Assembly: GCA_964016885.1 (NCBI GenBank)
Contig: OZ024743.1
Location: 202,554,001 to 202,618,000 of the forward strand
Direction of reading: 5' to 3'
Source of the DNA: Eledone cirrhosa
Lineage: Eukaryota
DNA length: 64,000 nt
The translations under genes were made by a program, and so were the position numbers. The stretch's first letter is position 1. Each line of letters opens with the position of its first letter. Below the pieces are notes generated by a model. It did no database searches. It worked only from the letters and a program-made list of their open reading frames with translations, and was not told the DNA's origin. Below are positions 40,352 to 54,900 of this stretch, in pieces.

Positions 40352-41984
40352 ACCCAATGGTAAATAATGACGTTACAAATGGTGCAAGTCATGTACAATA
40401 GTTTAAAATATAGTATCTTTAGTTACAAAGTATGTTGAATATAGGGCTCTCGGGATAATGGGTGACAGAGCATATTGTCTATGGAATGAAAATCACCGAT
40501 TGAACCGATTGTATAATAATGTACATGGCCTATTGTGTAGCATCGATGTTGTCAAAATCGAAGCAGCTAAAATGCGAAATTGATTCCAATTTCTACTTAT
40601 AAAGCTGTAATGAAACATCGAAGACGATTTGTATTTTTTTTCTTCCTTTTTATCTGCTTTCAATCTCCACAACAATGCTTGCAACAATTTAAATAGAATA
40701 TGATTGTATCGTGATATAGTAGATTAGCAGGTCATTAACTGTCTTATATGTTGTTTTAGGTCGTTGTCATTCTATCAAATATTTAACGAAAATTCAATGA
40801 TATTTATTTCCGTGAATTGTTTTTTTTTATATACCAAATAAACAAGTGGGGATAGCTACAACATGGTTTAAATAAAATGAAATATGTATTCGCCTGAATC
40901 GACATGAATATTTTGATTGCTAATATTGTTGGCTCTATTTAAATAAGTTTCTATGAATTTGTTTTGCTTCAGATTTTTGTTGGTGTTTTCATTGAATAAA
41001 AATACTATGATTTAGTAACAAATATGTATATTTCATTACAAAATTTAGCAAATAGAGTGGAAAACATTGAGCGAAAATGACGTAATAAATCCCCCAAATC
41101 AGATAATCGTTCATGAATTTGAAATACGGCGTAAAACTATAAATATTTACATAACAATATTTAACGATGGAGAGTTTACATAATCCTACAATCTGCTAGA
41201 AATATCAACAAACAAATGCACGATTCACGAAGAAAAAACACATTGCATATTATAATCAAATAATCAACGTGTTTGCATTTAGAAAAGCTGTTGATGTCCG
41301 AAATACATTTGTTCATAGATTTAATAGATTGAGGTCGAACTGAGCTAAAGGACTGTTAAAAAGATAATAACATTTACATACAAAAACTTAATATTGTCCA
41401 ATAGGCTGATATAAAAAGTCTTACAATAAACAGGTCCACCGAATTCCTCTGTGTTATATTCTTTACCTTAGGGTGTGACCTCAATTTATATATCATTATT
41501 CAAAATAAGGAGAGTAAATATTACAAGCTTACGAAAGAATCACAGAAAACGAATATGCTTAACCAGAAATAATTCTTTATTTACAAAGACGGGAAATTGA
41601 CAGAGTCGCTAGAACGTCGGCTACAATGGACTACAGTACTCATTGCCTCCTTCTGCACATGAAGGTAAACTGTGCCTGTTCTACTTTCGATATTGATAAA
41701 TCACCAATACAATCTGGCGTAGATTTATCCCTAATAGCTCTTTGACAATTCACAAAATTTGCTAAGTTCGACCGTCACCCTGTATGAAGAAAGGAAAATT
41801 TTGTTCGGGGAAGTTTTGGGATTTTTCAAATTTAAGGATTTTTGAGAAGCATTCAACATTTTCAAGCTTTCCTATGTGCTGTGATGTCACAGTGAAATAT
41901 GTATAACGGAGTTTTGAATTGACATGAACCAACTGATTATGGCCTCCGAACTTCAATGATAATAATAATAATAATAATAATAAT

Positions 41985-44900
41985 GTTTTCTTTATTAACC
42001 ACAAGGGTTTACATAAAGTAGACATTAAGGACAGTACAGGACAATACAGGACGGTACAAATGGGCATTTCTGCGTGTAAAAAAACAGAGGATGTAATAAA
42101 ATAACAAAGAAAAAATTCCCCAATAGGGGGGAGACTTCCGAGGGACATTTGTAGAGAAAGCCCATTAAAAACCACAGTGACCCTGACCACCAGGGCAAGT
42201 GCCCTCTCCCAGTTTTCCACCTTTAATTTACAGACACATACTCAGAGTAGGCCCATTCACTCGGGACATACTGGCTTCTCTCACCCATCATTCAGCAAAA
42301 TGCTGGGAAGAGAGCACTTCCCTCTCTACCCTGATTTTCCTTTTCAAATGAAATTTGAAAAAGTTAATCAGGGCATCACCGAAGAGGTAAGTGCTCGTCT
42401 TCAGCCCTTTCAAACGTGTCCACCATACTATCTCTGTCGCCATGGCCACCAGACAGATTAAAACTGCTTGCCCTTCCCGGGTAAAGTAAGAGGGCGGGGC
42501 AATCCTCACGATGGACTCAGCTGATAGCCGGATCCGTCCTGCACGTGACAGCAGGTGTTCGACATAAACCCACAAGTCAGCAATGCTCGGACACTGGACG
42601 AGTGCGTGCAGGACGGTTTCGTCGCCCTGCGCGCATCACGGACATACCCGGCTGACGGCACCTCCATGCCTGTAGAGTTTATCGCGAACTGGCAAAGCTC
42701 CCCGGTAGCACTGCCAGGCCAGGGATTTCTGGAAGTTGTCCATAGGCCTCGGCCCGAAAGTCCGTCCGAAGAGATTGGTTAGATTTCGTCGACGCCTAGA
42801 GTTTCTCCAAGTACGTCGTCGCTCTTTCCCTCCACTAATCCTCTATAGAACGCCAAGGAGGAGTTTCCACCGATCACATTGCCCGATTGGTCGAGGGCTG
42901 TGAGCGCCTGAAAACATTCCAGTCTCCAAGCGCTCCCTCTCGGTCTTCGCTTGACCCAGGGCTGCAGCTCCGTCAAGGAGACGAGCTGGGGAAATACGTG
43001 TCTAGCAAATGGCGACCACACCTGATCACCGTCGAGGAAGAGGTTGAGATGTCGTAGCCTGAGCGCGTATCTGCGCATAATCAGCCACGGTATGCCCAGC
43101 CCTCCACGTAGCGGGTGTTGACAGCAGATGGACCGCCTGACCATCGGAGCGAGTCCCTTCCAACAAAAGCGAAAGAGCAAACGCTCCAGCACAGTCAGGC
43201 GGGGCTTAGGACAAGGTACGACGGTCAGGCGGTAGTAGATGACGGACGCGATCTACGCGTTAGCCACCTCCGCTCGACCTTTCAGGGATAGCTTCCTCTC
43301 GGCCCATTTCTGGGTGAGAGAAGCCACCCTGCTCGTCACCTCGTCCCAGTTTTTGTCCGTCTGGAGGTTCCTACCGAACCAGACCCCTAGCAATTTAACC
43401 GGTCCGTCTGTCCAGCGCCCGACGACACTGTTGGACGGCATGGACTTGCCTCTCCAGGTGCCGAGCTGCAGACCCACTGACTTTTCCTTTTTGATCATTG
43501 CTCCTGTCACCGCTTCGTATTCTCTTAGTGTAGTGCCGATCGCCTCGATGTGTTTGGCGTTCGACACCACTACGGTGACATCGTCCGCATATGCTGACAC
43601 GAATCTTCCGCATCCTAGTTCGCGCGGGACCCTCCTCAACGTCTCCAGTTTGTGCAGTAATGGCTCGAGAGTCAATACGTACAAGAGGGACGAGAGGGGA
43701 CATCCTTGGCGGACCGAGCGCATGATTTTGAACGGTTCCGCTAGGTGACCCTTCACTCTCACACAGAGCAGATGTCGCTGTGAATGGCAGCGATCCAGCT
43801 TCTGAAGACGGGCCCAAAGCGAGCCGCCCTCAAGACTGCCGCTAGGTAACGATGGTCGACCCTATCGAAAGCTTTCGACTGATCTAAATTTATCAAAGAC
43901 CCACCCGTGCCAGGTTCCCTAGCTACCCTCTCTACGATGTATCGCATGAGCTGGAGGTTGTCGTGGATGGATCTGTCGGGAATGGCGCATGTCTGCGCCT
44001 CTCCCACCAGACCACCAACTACAAGCGCCAACCTCTTTGCTAGCACCTTGACCAACATCTTGAACTCTGGGTTTAGCAGCGTTATGGGCCTAAAATGATC
44101 TATGTTATCCCCCTTATTCGAATCATTTCTCAGCAGCGCCACCGCTCCTCGGCTCACAGAGCTGGGAATTCTCCTGTTCTGTTGCCAGTTGCAGTAGACG
44201 TCCGCCAAGAGGCCTCCGAACAAGTCTGGCATTTATACGTAAAGTCCATAGGGCAGACCACCCAAACCAGGCGATTTACCCCTTGTGCAGCCAGTCATTG
44301 CCTCCCGTACTTCAGCGGCTGTTATCGGCTTTTCGCAACACTCCGCCTCAGTGACCGAGAGGTAGACACTAAAGTCCATCCATCGATCCGGCCCGCCGCT
44401 GCCCCCGAATAGTTGAGCGAAATGTCGCTGAAAAGCTTCACACGTTTTCCCGGGATCGAGTAGCATGCGCCCGTCGTGGTCCACCAAAGACCGGATCGTG
44501 GTTTTGTTGCCACGACGCGCCTCCGCCACTCGGGCCCATTGAACGGCTTTCGTCCCCTCGTGTTTGAGAGCACGCACCCTAACTCTGACAACGCAGCCTT
44601 CCTGCTTTGCATTGAAGAATTGGTCAAGGGCCAATTTCGCCGCAAGTACGTCGGTCGCGATGCCTTTGCAAAGCGCCTCGTCTAATTTTCTAACTAATTC
44701 TCCCTCTGCTCTATTTTTCTCTATTGCTAAAGTCTTACTAAACCTAATGAACTCTATTCTAATTGCTCTTTTCAGAGCAAACCACCACTTGTTGTTGACG
44801 ATGGCCCCCGTCAACGCCCGTTTAACTAGTTCGCTAATCCGGTCTCTCTAGGCCTTGCGCACTGGTCAGGACGCGTTTAGCTTCCAGTAGCCGGGTCCTC

Positions 44901-47821
44901 GTCTATGAAGCCTATCTAAGTCAAGCACACAGGTCACGAATGTGTGGTCCGTGTAGCTGACTATCTTGAAATGTGGACAGCCTATGCTAGACCTATCTAT
45001 TTCCCTACAACATACTCTATCTAGATATGATCTGAATGACCCTATACGATTTGTCCAAGTCCCCATTGTTACATTCGGGAAATCCAATCGGTACCTGTCA
45101 GACATTTCAAAACGCCTGAGCAGGTTGGTGAGACTCTTGCACCCTCTTCCCCTATCCACTAATCCCACACAGTCCCAGCGTGCATCTAAGATCGCGTTCC
45201 AGTCGCCCAGTAACACTAAAGAGCGGGACGTTCCAAGAAAGGTCTCCAGACGCCGGAAGAAATCAGGCCGTCCTGCTCCTGTCGGGGCATAGACGGCCAC
45301 TAACGTGAAAGCTTGCCCCTCTCCGCTGGTCACGTCCAGCACCACCCACTTACCTTATGGGTCCAGGAAGATGGCTCGCATGGCAAGATCCAAACCTCTC
45401 CGAAAAAGCACAGCAACTCCACCCCCCGATCCCGGACGGCTGGGAGATGCGTACACATCGTAGCTGCCGAAGATCGATGCGAAGGCCCGTGCTTCGGAGA
45501 TTCTGGTCTCACTGATGGCCACTACATCTATGTTTAGTGACCTGAGGTCGTTGAGCAGGTGGCCCTGCTTCCATGACGACCCCAAGCCACGCGCATTTAT
45601 GCTGCATATTCTGAGTGAGGACATGTTGAAATGGATTGGAAATGATGGGAAAGACAACTTACCTTACTTCTCGTAGAGGAAGTACGGTTTTTCCATCTTT
45701 TTCACTGCTTGTGGCCTCCTCAGGAAGGATGTCCTTATAAATCCTCCTGTAGAGTGCTTGTCGGAAGTCTCCTATATCTTTGGGGAATTATTGTTTTAGT
45801 GTCATGTACGTTTTCTGTGTGATGCGAGTGATTTGTATGTGTGGAGGTGGTGTGAATTTTTGGATTGTTGTGTTGTCTTTTTCTGTGATGCTGGTGTTGT
45901 GTTAGATGTAGTGTAATAATTGGTTGTTGTTCAAATTTAATGCTGTGTAGTGTGTATCGTTTTGGTTGTTTTGTTTTGTTTGCGTTTGTTGTGGGTTTGT
46001 TTCTGTTTCGCATTTTGGTGACTTTTGTGGTGTAGGTGATGGTGGTGTTGGGGTTAATGATGGTGATGGTGTTGGTGTTTGGGGTAATGGTGTTGGTGAT
46101 GCTGGTGTGGATGGTGGCATATATGTCCTAACTTTTTTGTTTGTTAATTTATTTGTTTGCCTCTGTATTTTGTTTTTGGAGGGGGGAGGAAGATAATTTT
46201 TTCTTTTTTGGTTTCTTTTTTTCTTTTTTCCGATACCGTTTCCCACTCCTCGTCGTCACAATCTGTCTCCAGTTGTGATAGGCCGGGGAGTGGAAAATCC
46301 TCCACAGGCGTTAGTTTTGGTTGTGGCGTGGTGGATTGTGTAGGTGCTGGAGCTAGTTCTGAAGCGTTGGGTGGTGGTGGTGTTGGTTTTGCTACTGTTG
46401 CTGGGGTTATTGCTGTTATAGTTGCTTCAGTTGTTGCTGCTACAGTTGTTGCTGCTACAGTTGTTGCTGCCATCTCTGCTACTGGTGATGTTGATGTTTG
46501 AGTCACTGGGGTGGGTAGGAGGGGTGGCCTCAACCTTTTAGCCTGACGGCAGAAAGCCCTTAGGTGGGTTCCTTCACCACAAACGACACACCTAGGCCTT
46601 CTGCCCTCGACAATTACGGTGAGGTGGTTGCCGTCAGTGAGGTCTATTACCTCTCGGATCTCCTCAATGCTTTTTCGGTCCGCTTGCATCCTGACCAGTT
46701 CTCCTGCTTTTCTTTTGCTATTGCTATTATGTTTGTGTTGGCTTCGATGCCGGCGAGGACGGCCGCTATTAGCCAGGGAATTTCGATGCCCGGTGGAACG
46801 TGGGTCACCCTGATCTTTACGAGTCTCTGGCCACAATAGCTTGGGACGAGTGTGAAGTCGTTACTTCTTAATGGGGCCATGGGGTGTTCTCTAGCCTCCT
46901 CTGGTGTTTCAAAGAACACGTCCACGGTTCCATACTTCTGCCCACGTCTGATGTGGGTTTTTCTTTCCCACACATATCCCAAAGCTTTTTGGATTTGGGA
47001 CTCGGATGCCCGTTCTACTCGGCGCGATTTTACATTAATTGTTCGATACGACACGGTGCATAGGCGCCGATGCTCCATTTTATTAGGTGGAGGGGTGAGG
47101 CTCACTCTGTATCCATCTTTCTTTACCATTTTTTGGCATTTTCTAATTCCTCCTGAGTTACCGTAAATGCTTCGCACTGTTTTGCTACTCTGGCAAAACT
47201 CAGGGTTGTTTTTTAATGTCATTGTTGCTGTTGTTGTTATCGTTATTTTTGTTATTATTAATTTTAGTTTCAGTTGTGGTGGTGGTGACGTCAGTGGTGT
47301 TCGGTGTGGAAGAGTCCATTTTGGTTGAAAATATTTCGACATCACGAGTTGATTTATTTTTTCTTTTGTTTCTGTTGTCGCGGTGGGGTGGGGGTGGGGG
47401 TTGTCAAGTGGTGGTGGTGGTGGCGGCTTTAACACCTGCAGTCATTGGTAATGGCGGGAAATGAATGTCTCCTTGAGACAAATTTAAAATATTGCTACTG
47501 CTTAAATTGTTTGTGTTGGCAAACGTAGTAATATTTACAACGGTGGTGTCGGTGTGAGGTGTTAGTTTGTGAGGAAGGCTCTCAGCTGCTTGGTGCAGAG
47601 GTGAATTAGCCATTCTTTTTCAAAGAAATTTTTTGGTAATCATAAAAGTTTAAATTTTGGCCACAAGGCCCCAATCTTTGTTGGTGTCCTTTTCGGAAAA
47701 CAATGTATGTGCGCTTATAAACAGTTAACAATGAAATTTTGCATAAATGTCAATTTTTAACAAACGGAAATAACAAACCTTTGCGGAGCTCACGATGATA
47801 CGATTTACTACGTAGGTCGCC
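41985..47821 (-). mobile_element. Tx1/L1-clade LINE copy 2, apparently full length and degraded
   Basis: ORF1 from 47613 (knuckle CVVCGEGTHLRAFC); ORF2 from 45624 highly similar to copy 1; same 3'UTR; (AAT)n on plus at both ends. Confidence 0.9.
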
Positions 47822-47863
<42 letters not shown>

Positions 47864-47865
<2 letters not shown>

Positions 47866-48610
47866 GCCAACATAATAAAAAATGGATGTAGCCCATTATG
47901 CCATGTATGTAAAAAACAACCAGATACCATTGACCATATAATTTCAATGTGCAGTCCTATAGCTCCAACCCAATACCTAAACAGGCATGACAGATCTGCA
48001 CAATACATACATTGGATAATGTGTAAGCATTTTGACCTGCCCCATCAAAAGAATTGGTGGGAGCATCAACAACCTCCCATACTTGAAAAAGATCACATCT
48101 CAATCTTGTGGAACTTTAGCATCCAAACAGACCGAAAAATAGATGCAAATAGATCTGATATAATATTGAAGGACTTTAAAAAGAGGGTATGCCTGCTAAT
48201 TGATATGTCCGTTCCAATAGACAAGAATGTATCTATAAAAACATTTGAAAAATTGAGCAAGTATAAGGACCTGGAGATAGAAATTGGAAAAATGTGGAAA
48301 TTGAGAACTAAAACAATACCAGTGGTTGTAGGCGCTCTAGGAATGATACCTAAGGGGTCTAATGATTACTTATCGCAAATCCCAGGAAACCCGCGTATAG
48401 GAGAAATACAAATGATAGTACTAATGGGAACTGCCCATATACTAAGGAAGATTCTGTCAATATAAGTACATCACAAGTCTAAACACTAAAGATGCATGTG
48501 TGATTATGTATGTTCTTTCTTGAACATGGCGGACCCTGTTGTCTCTTGAGGTCACTGGTTGTGACTTGGTGATAACTCGTATGAACATAAAGCAAGATAA
48601 ATGCAGCTGT
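47864..48610 (+). mobile_element. Dong family A 3' fragment
   Basis: ORF 47947-48465 (RLE) and 3'UTR matching 238-381; (AAT)n on both sides. Confidence 0.92.
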
Positions 48611-48633
48611 AATAATAATAATAATAATAATAA

Positions 48634-49427
48634 TACCTTCTTTGAGAAAACTGAATTCAAAGATCCACAGACATGGAACTGGTTGAAAAGAGCAGACTTT
48701 AAAAAGGCTACAGAAGGAATGTTAATGGCTGCGCAGGAGCAGGCCCTCAAAACGAAGTGGTTGAAACACCATATTTACAAGGAGGAGGCTAGCCAACTGT
48801 GCAGGATCTGTGAAGAGAGAGAGGGGAGACTGTGGCTCACATTGTATTCGAGTGTAAACACCTAGCCCAGACTCACTATAAGGGCAGGAGACATGATGTG
48901 ATGGGCAGGGTGATCCACTGGCACCTATGCAAAGTAAACAACTTATCACATTCTGAGAAGTGGTATGATCATAAGCCAGAGTCGGTGATAGAAAACGATC
49001 AGGTGAAGGTGCTGTGGGATTTTAGGATACAGACGGACAAGAAACTGGAACATAATAGACCTGACCTGGTGGTTGTGGACAAAGAAAAAAGATCGTGCCT
49101 GATTGTGGATGTGGCCTGCCCATTCGACACGAGAGTGCAAGAGAAGGAGAGGGAGAAAATTAACCGATACCAGGATTTAAAGTGGGAGGTAAAAAGGATT
49201 TGGAACTGCCATGTCATAGGCGCACTAGGTACTATCTCAAAAAGTTTCCAGGGATGGTTAAAGAAAATTGGCCCCTTCACGCTTTTTGCAACGCTTCAAA
49301 AGGCATGCTTGCTGGGAACAGCAAGTATCCTCCGATACGTCCTGAATATCTGAGGCTGCAGGTAGTGGCTTGATATTCATTTCAACAAACTTTCCAGTGA
49401 ACTAACATCAATGACTGAGACTCAAAG
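48634..49427 (+). mobile_element. Dong family B 3' fragment (older subfamily)
   Basis: CCHC and RLE region, 3'UTR, (AAT)n on both sides. Confidence 0.92.
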
Positions 49428-49446
49428 AATAATAATAATAATAATA

Positions 49447-50704
49447 ATGAAGGAATTGATAAGATCTGAATACATTCGGAGAGTAAGGAGCGTATTAAAG
49501 TCACATCTGAACAGTAGGAATGCCATAAGTGCAGTAAATTCCCGAGCTGTCTCTATTATTATGTACAGTGCGGGAATTCTGAGATGGAATGTTGCTGAAC
49601 AAAAAGAAATGTATAGGAAGACTAGGAAGCTATTGACTATCTACAACATGTTCCCCAAGAGGAGTGATGTCGATAGACTCTACTTAAGGAGATCTGAAGG
49701 TGGAAGAGGTCTTATCAGCATAGAGGACTGTGTTCAGATGGAGACAAACAACCTACACAAATTCGTGACTGACAGTTAGGAGCCAATGCTCAGAATTGTA
49801 CTGAAGGAGAGGACAATAGACCAGGGGATTCCAAGGATGAAATAACAACAAGGAGAAAGAGCAGCCTTCATGAAAAATCTATTTATAGTACCTTCTTTGA
49901 GAAAACTGAATTCAGAGATCCACAGACATGGAACTGGTTGAAAAGAGGAGACCTTAAAAAGGCTACAGAAGGAATGCTAATCGGTGCGCAAGAGCAGGCC
50001 CTCAAAACGAAGTGGTTGAAACACCATATTTACAAGGAGGAGGCTAGCCCACTGTGCAGGATCTGGTGGAGAGAGAGAGAGGAGACTGTGACTCACATTG
50101 TATCCGAGTGTAAACACCTAGACAAGACTCATTATAAAGGCTGCAGACATGATGTGATGGGCAGGGTGGTCCACTGGCGCCTATGCAAAGTAAACAATTT
50201 ACCATATTCTGAGAAGTGGTATGAGCATAAGCCAGATTCGATGATGGAAAACGATCAGGTGAAGGTGCTGTTGGATTTTAGGATACAGAGGGACAAGAAA
50301 CTTGAACACAATAAACCTGACCTGGTGGTTTTGGACAGGGGAAAAAGAACGTGCCTGATTGCGGATGTAGCCTGCCCATTCGACACGAGTGTGCAAGAGA
50401 AGGCGAGGGAGAAAATTAACCGACACCAGGATTTAAATTGGGAGGTAAAAAGGAGTTGGAACTGCCATGAGGTCAAAGTGGATCCGATTGTCACAGGCGC
50501 ACCAGGTACTATCTCAAAGAGTTTCCAAGGACGGTTAAAGAAAATTGGTCCCGCCACGCTTTTTAGAACACTTCAAAAGGCATGCTTGCTGGGAACAGCA
50601 AGAACCCTCCGATACGTCTTGAATATCTGAGGATGCAGGTAGTGGCTTGATATTCATTTCAACAAACCTTTCATATAAATAACATCAATGACTGAGACTC
50701 AAAG
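49447..50704 (+). mobile_element. Dong family B 3' fragment (older subfamily)
   Basis: ORFs 49411-49779 and 49938-50630; (AAT)n on both sides. Confidence 0.92.
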
Positions 50705-50707
50705 AAC

Positions 50708-50784
<77 letters not shown>

Positions 50785-50785
50785 G

Positions 50786-51920
50786 GGAAGAAGACGCACG
50801 AGGTGACGGAGGTCATGAAATCGCTCCCGTAAGTTTTGAATTTTTAACATATTTAAATCATTTGTGAAATAACAACTCTTAGTACAAATGCTACGTAAAG
50901 CACCCGGCTTGAGCCCCAAAAAATTCGGACCCAAAATATATTGTTATAAGGCTCAAATATTCAAATATTCAACTTTGTATTGTACACTGTATATCCAAAA
51001 AAAAAAAAAAAAAAATGGCTATAAATGGAAGAAGAAGACCCCCCCCCCCTCTCCTCTCCTCTGGCTACACTATATAGGACAGCTAAACTCACCAACACCA
51101 GAAACTAGATACACCACCCACCCCATCATCTGTGTACACTAAACACAACAGCATTTTCACCTTCACCGCCACCGCTCACTACGGCCATCATTACCACCAC
51201 TATCCCATCACCGCCGCCACCACCCCTTGACTCCTTCACTGCTGCTGCCACCGCTACAGCACCATCACTACAGTAATACGGCTCAAATGTTCAAATATTC
51301 AACTTTGTATTGTACACTGTATATCCAAAAAAAATAAAATGGCTATAAATGGAAGAAGAAGAACCCCCCCCCCTCCTCTCCTCTGGCTACACTATATAGG
51401 ACAGCTAAACTCACCAACACCAGAAACTAGATACACCACCCACCCCATCATCTGTGTACACTAAACACAACAGCATTTTCACCTTCACCGCCACCGCTCA
51501 CTACGGCCTTCATTACCACCACTATCCCATCACCGCCGCCACCACCCCTTGACTCCTTCACTGCTGCTGCCACCGCTACAGCACCATCACTACAGTAATA
51601 CGGTCGCATCACCGCCACCACTGCCTCGGTATCGACATCACCACCACCACTGTCTCAGTATCGCCAACGCCGCCAGTCTCTGCTGGCTGCCACTTCCACA
51701 TTATAGAATTCCTACTACTAACAAAGAGGAAGGCATCAAAATATATAGATAGACTCAAAAGAAAAAAGAAAAAACAAACAAAAAAAAAAAAAAAAAAAAC
51801 GAGAAAAACAAACAGAGAAAAACAAAAACAAAAAAAGAAACCCCAAAAACGTAAAGAAAATAAGAATGAAGAGAGAAGCAGGCGGACGGACAGAGAAGAG
51901 GGGGGAAAAAGTAAAACTTA
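50786..51920 (+). other. Tx1-like 5' leader / ORF1-start segment joined to the 5' end of the intact Dong copy
   Basis: TGACGGAGG..GCTC-CGTAAG start and A-run-ATGGCT as in Tx1 5' ends; C/A-rich low complexity; A-rich 3' junction. Confidence 0.5.
50950..51602 (+). repeat. Tandem duplication of a ~325-bp unit (50950-51280, 51281-51602)
   Basis: Near-identical units starting GGCTCAAATRTTCAAATATTC. Confidence 0.92.
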
Positions 51921-54900
51921 AAAAACAAAAACTAAGTCAGACATTCGAATACTACATTACAATGAAACTTATGCTTATTCATTTTTGGGGCCCTTTCTGC
52001 CCGTGTGTTTGTTTGTTTATGTGTGTCCGTATACAGCGTGGTGATAATGCCACACAAGGGCCAAGTGGGATGGCGGATCCACAGATGGCTATGTAAACAT
52101 ACGTTCGCCAATCCTCGATAAGAGTGTTTAAATATCGAACATAAACAGTTCGAATAACGGTGAAATGGAGACTAGAACGTCATGTGACAGACTCTCACCC
52201 AACAGGTGCCCCCTGGCTCAGCAGCAGGAACCTGACTGTCAACCAAATACTGCTGATGTTGGAGGAAGAAGAAGAAGGAAAGGGGCCAGAACCAACTGGA
52301 CGAAAGAATTGAATAGAACTGTTATGCAATGCTACCTGAAAAGTAACCCCAAGGAGAGGGGCTACAGGAGACGGATGCATAACATCTGGAACGAGATTGG
52401 TTTATTTAAATTAGATGAACAAAAATTGGCCGGGCAGGCTCGGGTAATAAGAACTAATGGGTGGATAAGCGAGCTGGAACTGGAGGAACTGAGCAGAGAG
52501 AATGGCTTGGAGATGGCGGGTGTAGTATGCCAGACAAGCGAGCCGGCGGGAAATGAAGGTGAGGAGGTCCTGAGAACGGAGGAACCACCCGAAGCAGACA
52601 ATGATCTGAATACTGAGATAAATAATACCTGGAACAGAGATACGGCCACTGAGGAGATGAATGCTGACGGGCTAGGACAAGATTCGGTTGACATCCTAAA
52701 TTTAGTGGTAGATGAGTTGAACAATGATAGTGGGAGACCTATGAACCTAAGATTTGTAGACAGGAAAAAGTTAAAAGAAACAACAGCTAAGGTAAACAAA
52801 GTCATCCCATACCTTGAGGCGAGGAGTCTTCACCAGTGCAACAATATCCTCAAGGCAACAGCAAATACGGTGAGGAAACTACTTGGTATAAAAGCGAGAG
52901 GAAACAACAGACAAGAAAGAGCAGAGCCGTGGTGGAAGAAGCGACTGAGTGGGCAAATCGGGGAAATGAGAAATGACATAGGAAAGCTTGAGTCACTACT
53001 GAATGGGACACTAAAAAACATAGGCACTAAAAATAGACTGGAAATAAAATACAAAACTAGGAGTAAAAAGCTAAATATTATCATAGAGGAATTGAAGCAA
53101 CGCATTGTAGCAAAGAGTGCCAAAATCAGGCGATACGAGAACAGAGTCAGTCAGTATAAACAGAACCGCATGTTCGACAACAACCAGAAGATGCTGTTTG
53201 GACAGCTTGAGGGGAAAGAAAGAGGCAACGACTTGATCCCTGGGGCGGAACAAGCTAAAACATTCTGGAGAGGAATATGGGAGCAGGATGTTAGACACAA
53301 TGCCCAGGCAGGGTGGATTGAGACAGTACAGAGGGAGATCGGTGAGCAGGCACAACAACAGACTGATTTGAGTATCACAGTTGAAACTCTTAAGGGGCAA
53401 GCCAAAAATCTAACCAACTGGAAATCACTAGGCCCAGATGGTGTGCAGGGGTATTGGATTAAACATTTAACATCCCTCCACCCGAAGCTGACGGCCATGT
53501 TCAATGACTGCTTGGTGTCGGGTGAGGTGCCAGAGTGGTTGACAAAAGGTACCACAGTTCTGATAATGAAAGACCGAAGCAAGGGTAATGATGTTACCAA
53601 CTATAGACCTATCACATGTCTGCCCGTAATGTGGAAACTGTTGACGAGCATTGTGTCTGAGGAAATCTACCATCACCTCCACACAAACAACTCGTTACCG
53701 GACGAACAGAAAGGATGCCAAAAGAAGTCACGTGGTACAAAGGACCAGTTGCTTATTGATAAGATGGTAATGGGGAATTGCAGGAGGAGACACACTGATC
53801 TTGCCATGGGATGGATAGACTACAGAAAGGCATTTGACATGGTGCCTCATTCCTGGATCACCAAAAGCCTGGAGATCTTCAGGGTGGCAGATAACATCAG
53901 ACAGTTGCTGGACAGGAGTATGGGGTCCTGGGAGACAGAGTTGACATCAACTGGAGTATCCTTGGGAAGCGTGAAGATCAAGAGAGGTATCTTCCAGGGA
54001 GATAGCCTGTCCCCTCTGTTGTTTGTCCTTGCCCTGATGCCCTTGACCATTATGCTGCGAAAAGTGAGAGCAGGATACAAGTTGGGAAGGGGAGAGCTTA
54101 CCATCAATCACCTCCTCTTCATGGACGATCTTAAGCTCTTCGGGAAAAGTGAGAAGGAGTTGGATGTGCTTGTTGACACTGTCCGTATTTTCAGCAGTGA
54201 TATATGTATGCAGTTTGGTATTGGTAAATGTGGAGTCATTGTGATGAGGAGGGGTAGGTTGAGCAGAAGTAACGGGATCCAGATACCAACAGGTGAGATG
54301 ATAAAGGAAATTGACTCTGAGGAAGGATACAAGTATTTGGGCGTTCTGGAGGCTGATGGCATAAAGAACAAAAAAATGAAGGAATTGTTAAGAACTGAAT
54401 ACATTCGGAGAGTAAGGAGCGTATTGAAGTCACATCTGAACAGCAGAAATGCCATAAGCGCAGTAAATTCCCGAACTGTGTCTATTATTAGGTACAGTGC
54501 GGGAATTCTGAGATGGAATGTTGCTGAACAAAAAGAAATGGATAGGAAGACTAGGAAGCTATTGACTATCTACAACATGTTCCACAAGAGGAGTGATGTC
54601 GATAGACTCTACCTAAGGAGATCTGAGGGTGGAAGAGGTCTTATCAGCATAGAGGACTGTGTTCAGATGGAGAAAAACAACCTATACAAATACGTGACCT
54701 ATAGTAAGGAGCCAATGCTCAGAGCTGTACTGAAGGAGGGGACAGTAGGCCAGGGGATATCGAAGGAGGAAATAACATCAAGGAGGAAGAGCAGCCTTAA
54801 GGGAAAATCCCTTCATAGTACCTTCTTTGAGAAAACTGAATTTAGAGATCCACAGACATGGAACTGGTTGAGAAGAGGAGACCTCAAAAAGGCTACAGAA

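Noticed and set aside
51921-52164. HDV-like ribozyme in the Dong 5'UTR (also TCCTCG hairpin at 5498-5520)
   Set aside because: Could not build a consistent P1/P1.1/P2/P3 double pseudoknot by eye; needs a descriptor search
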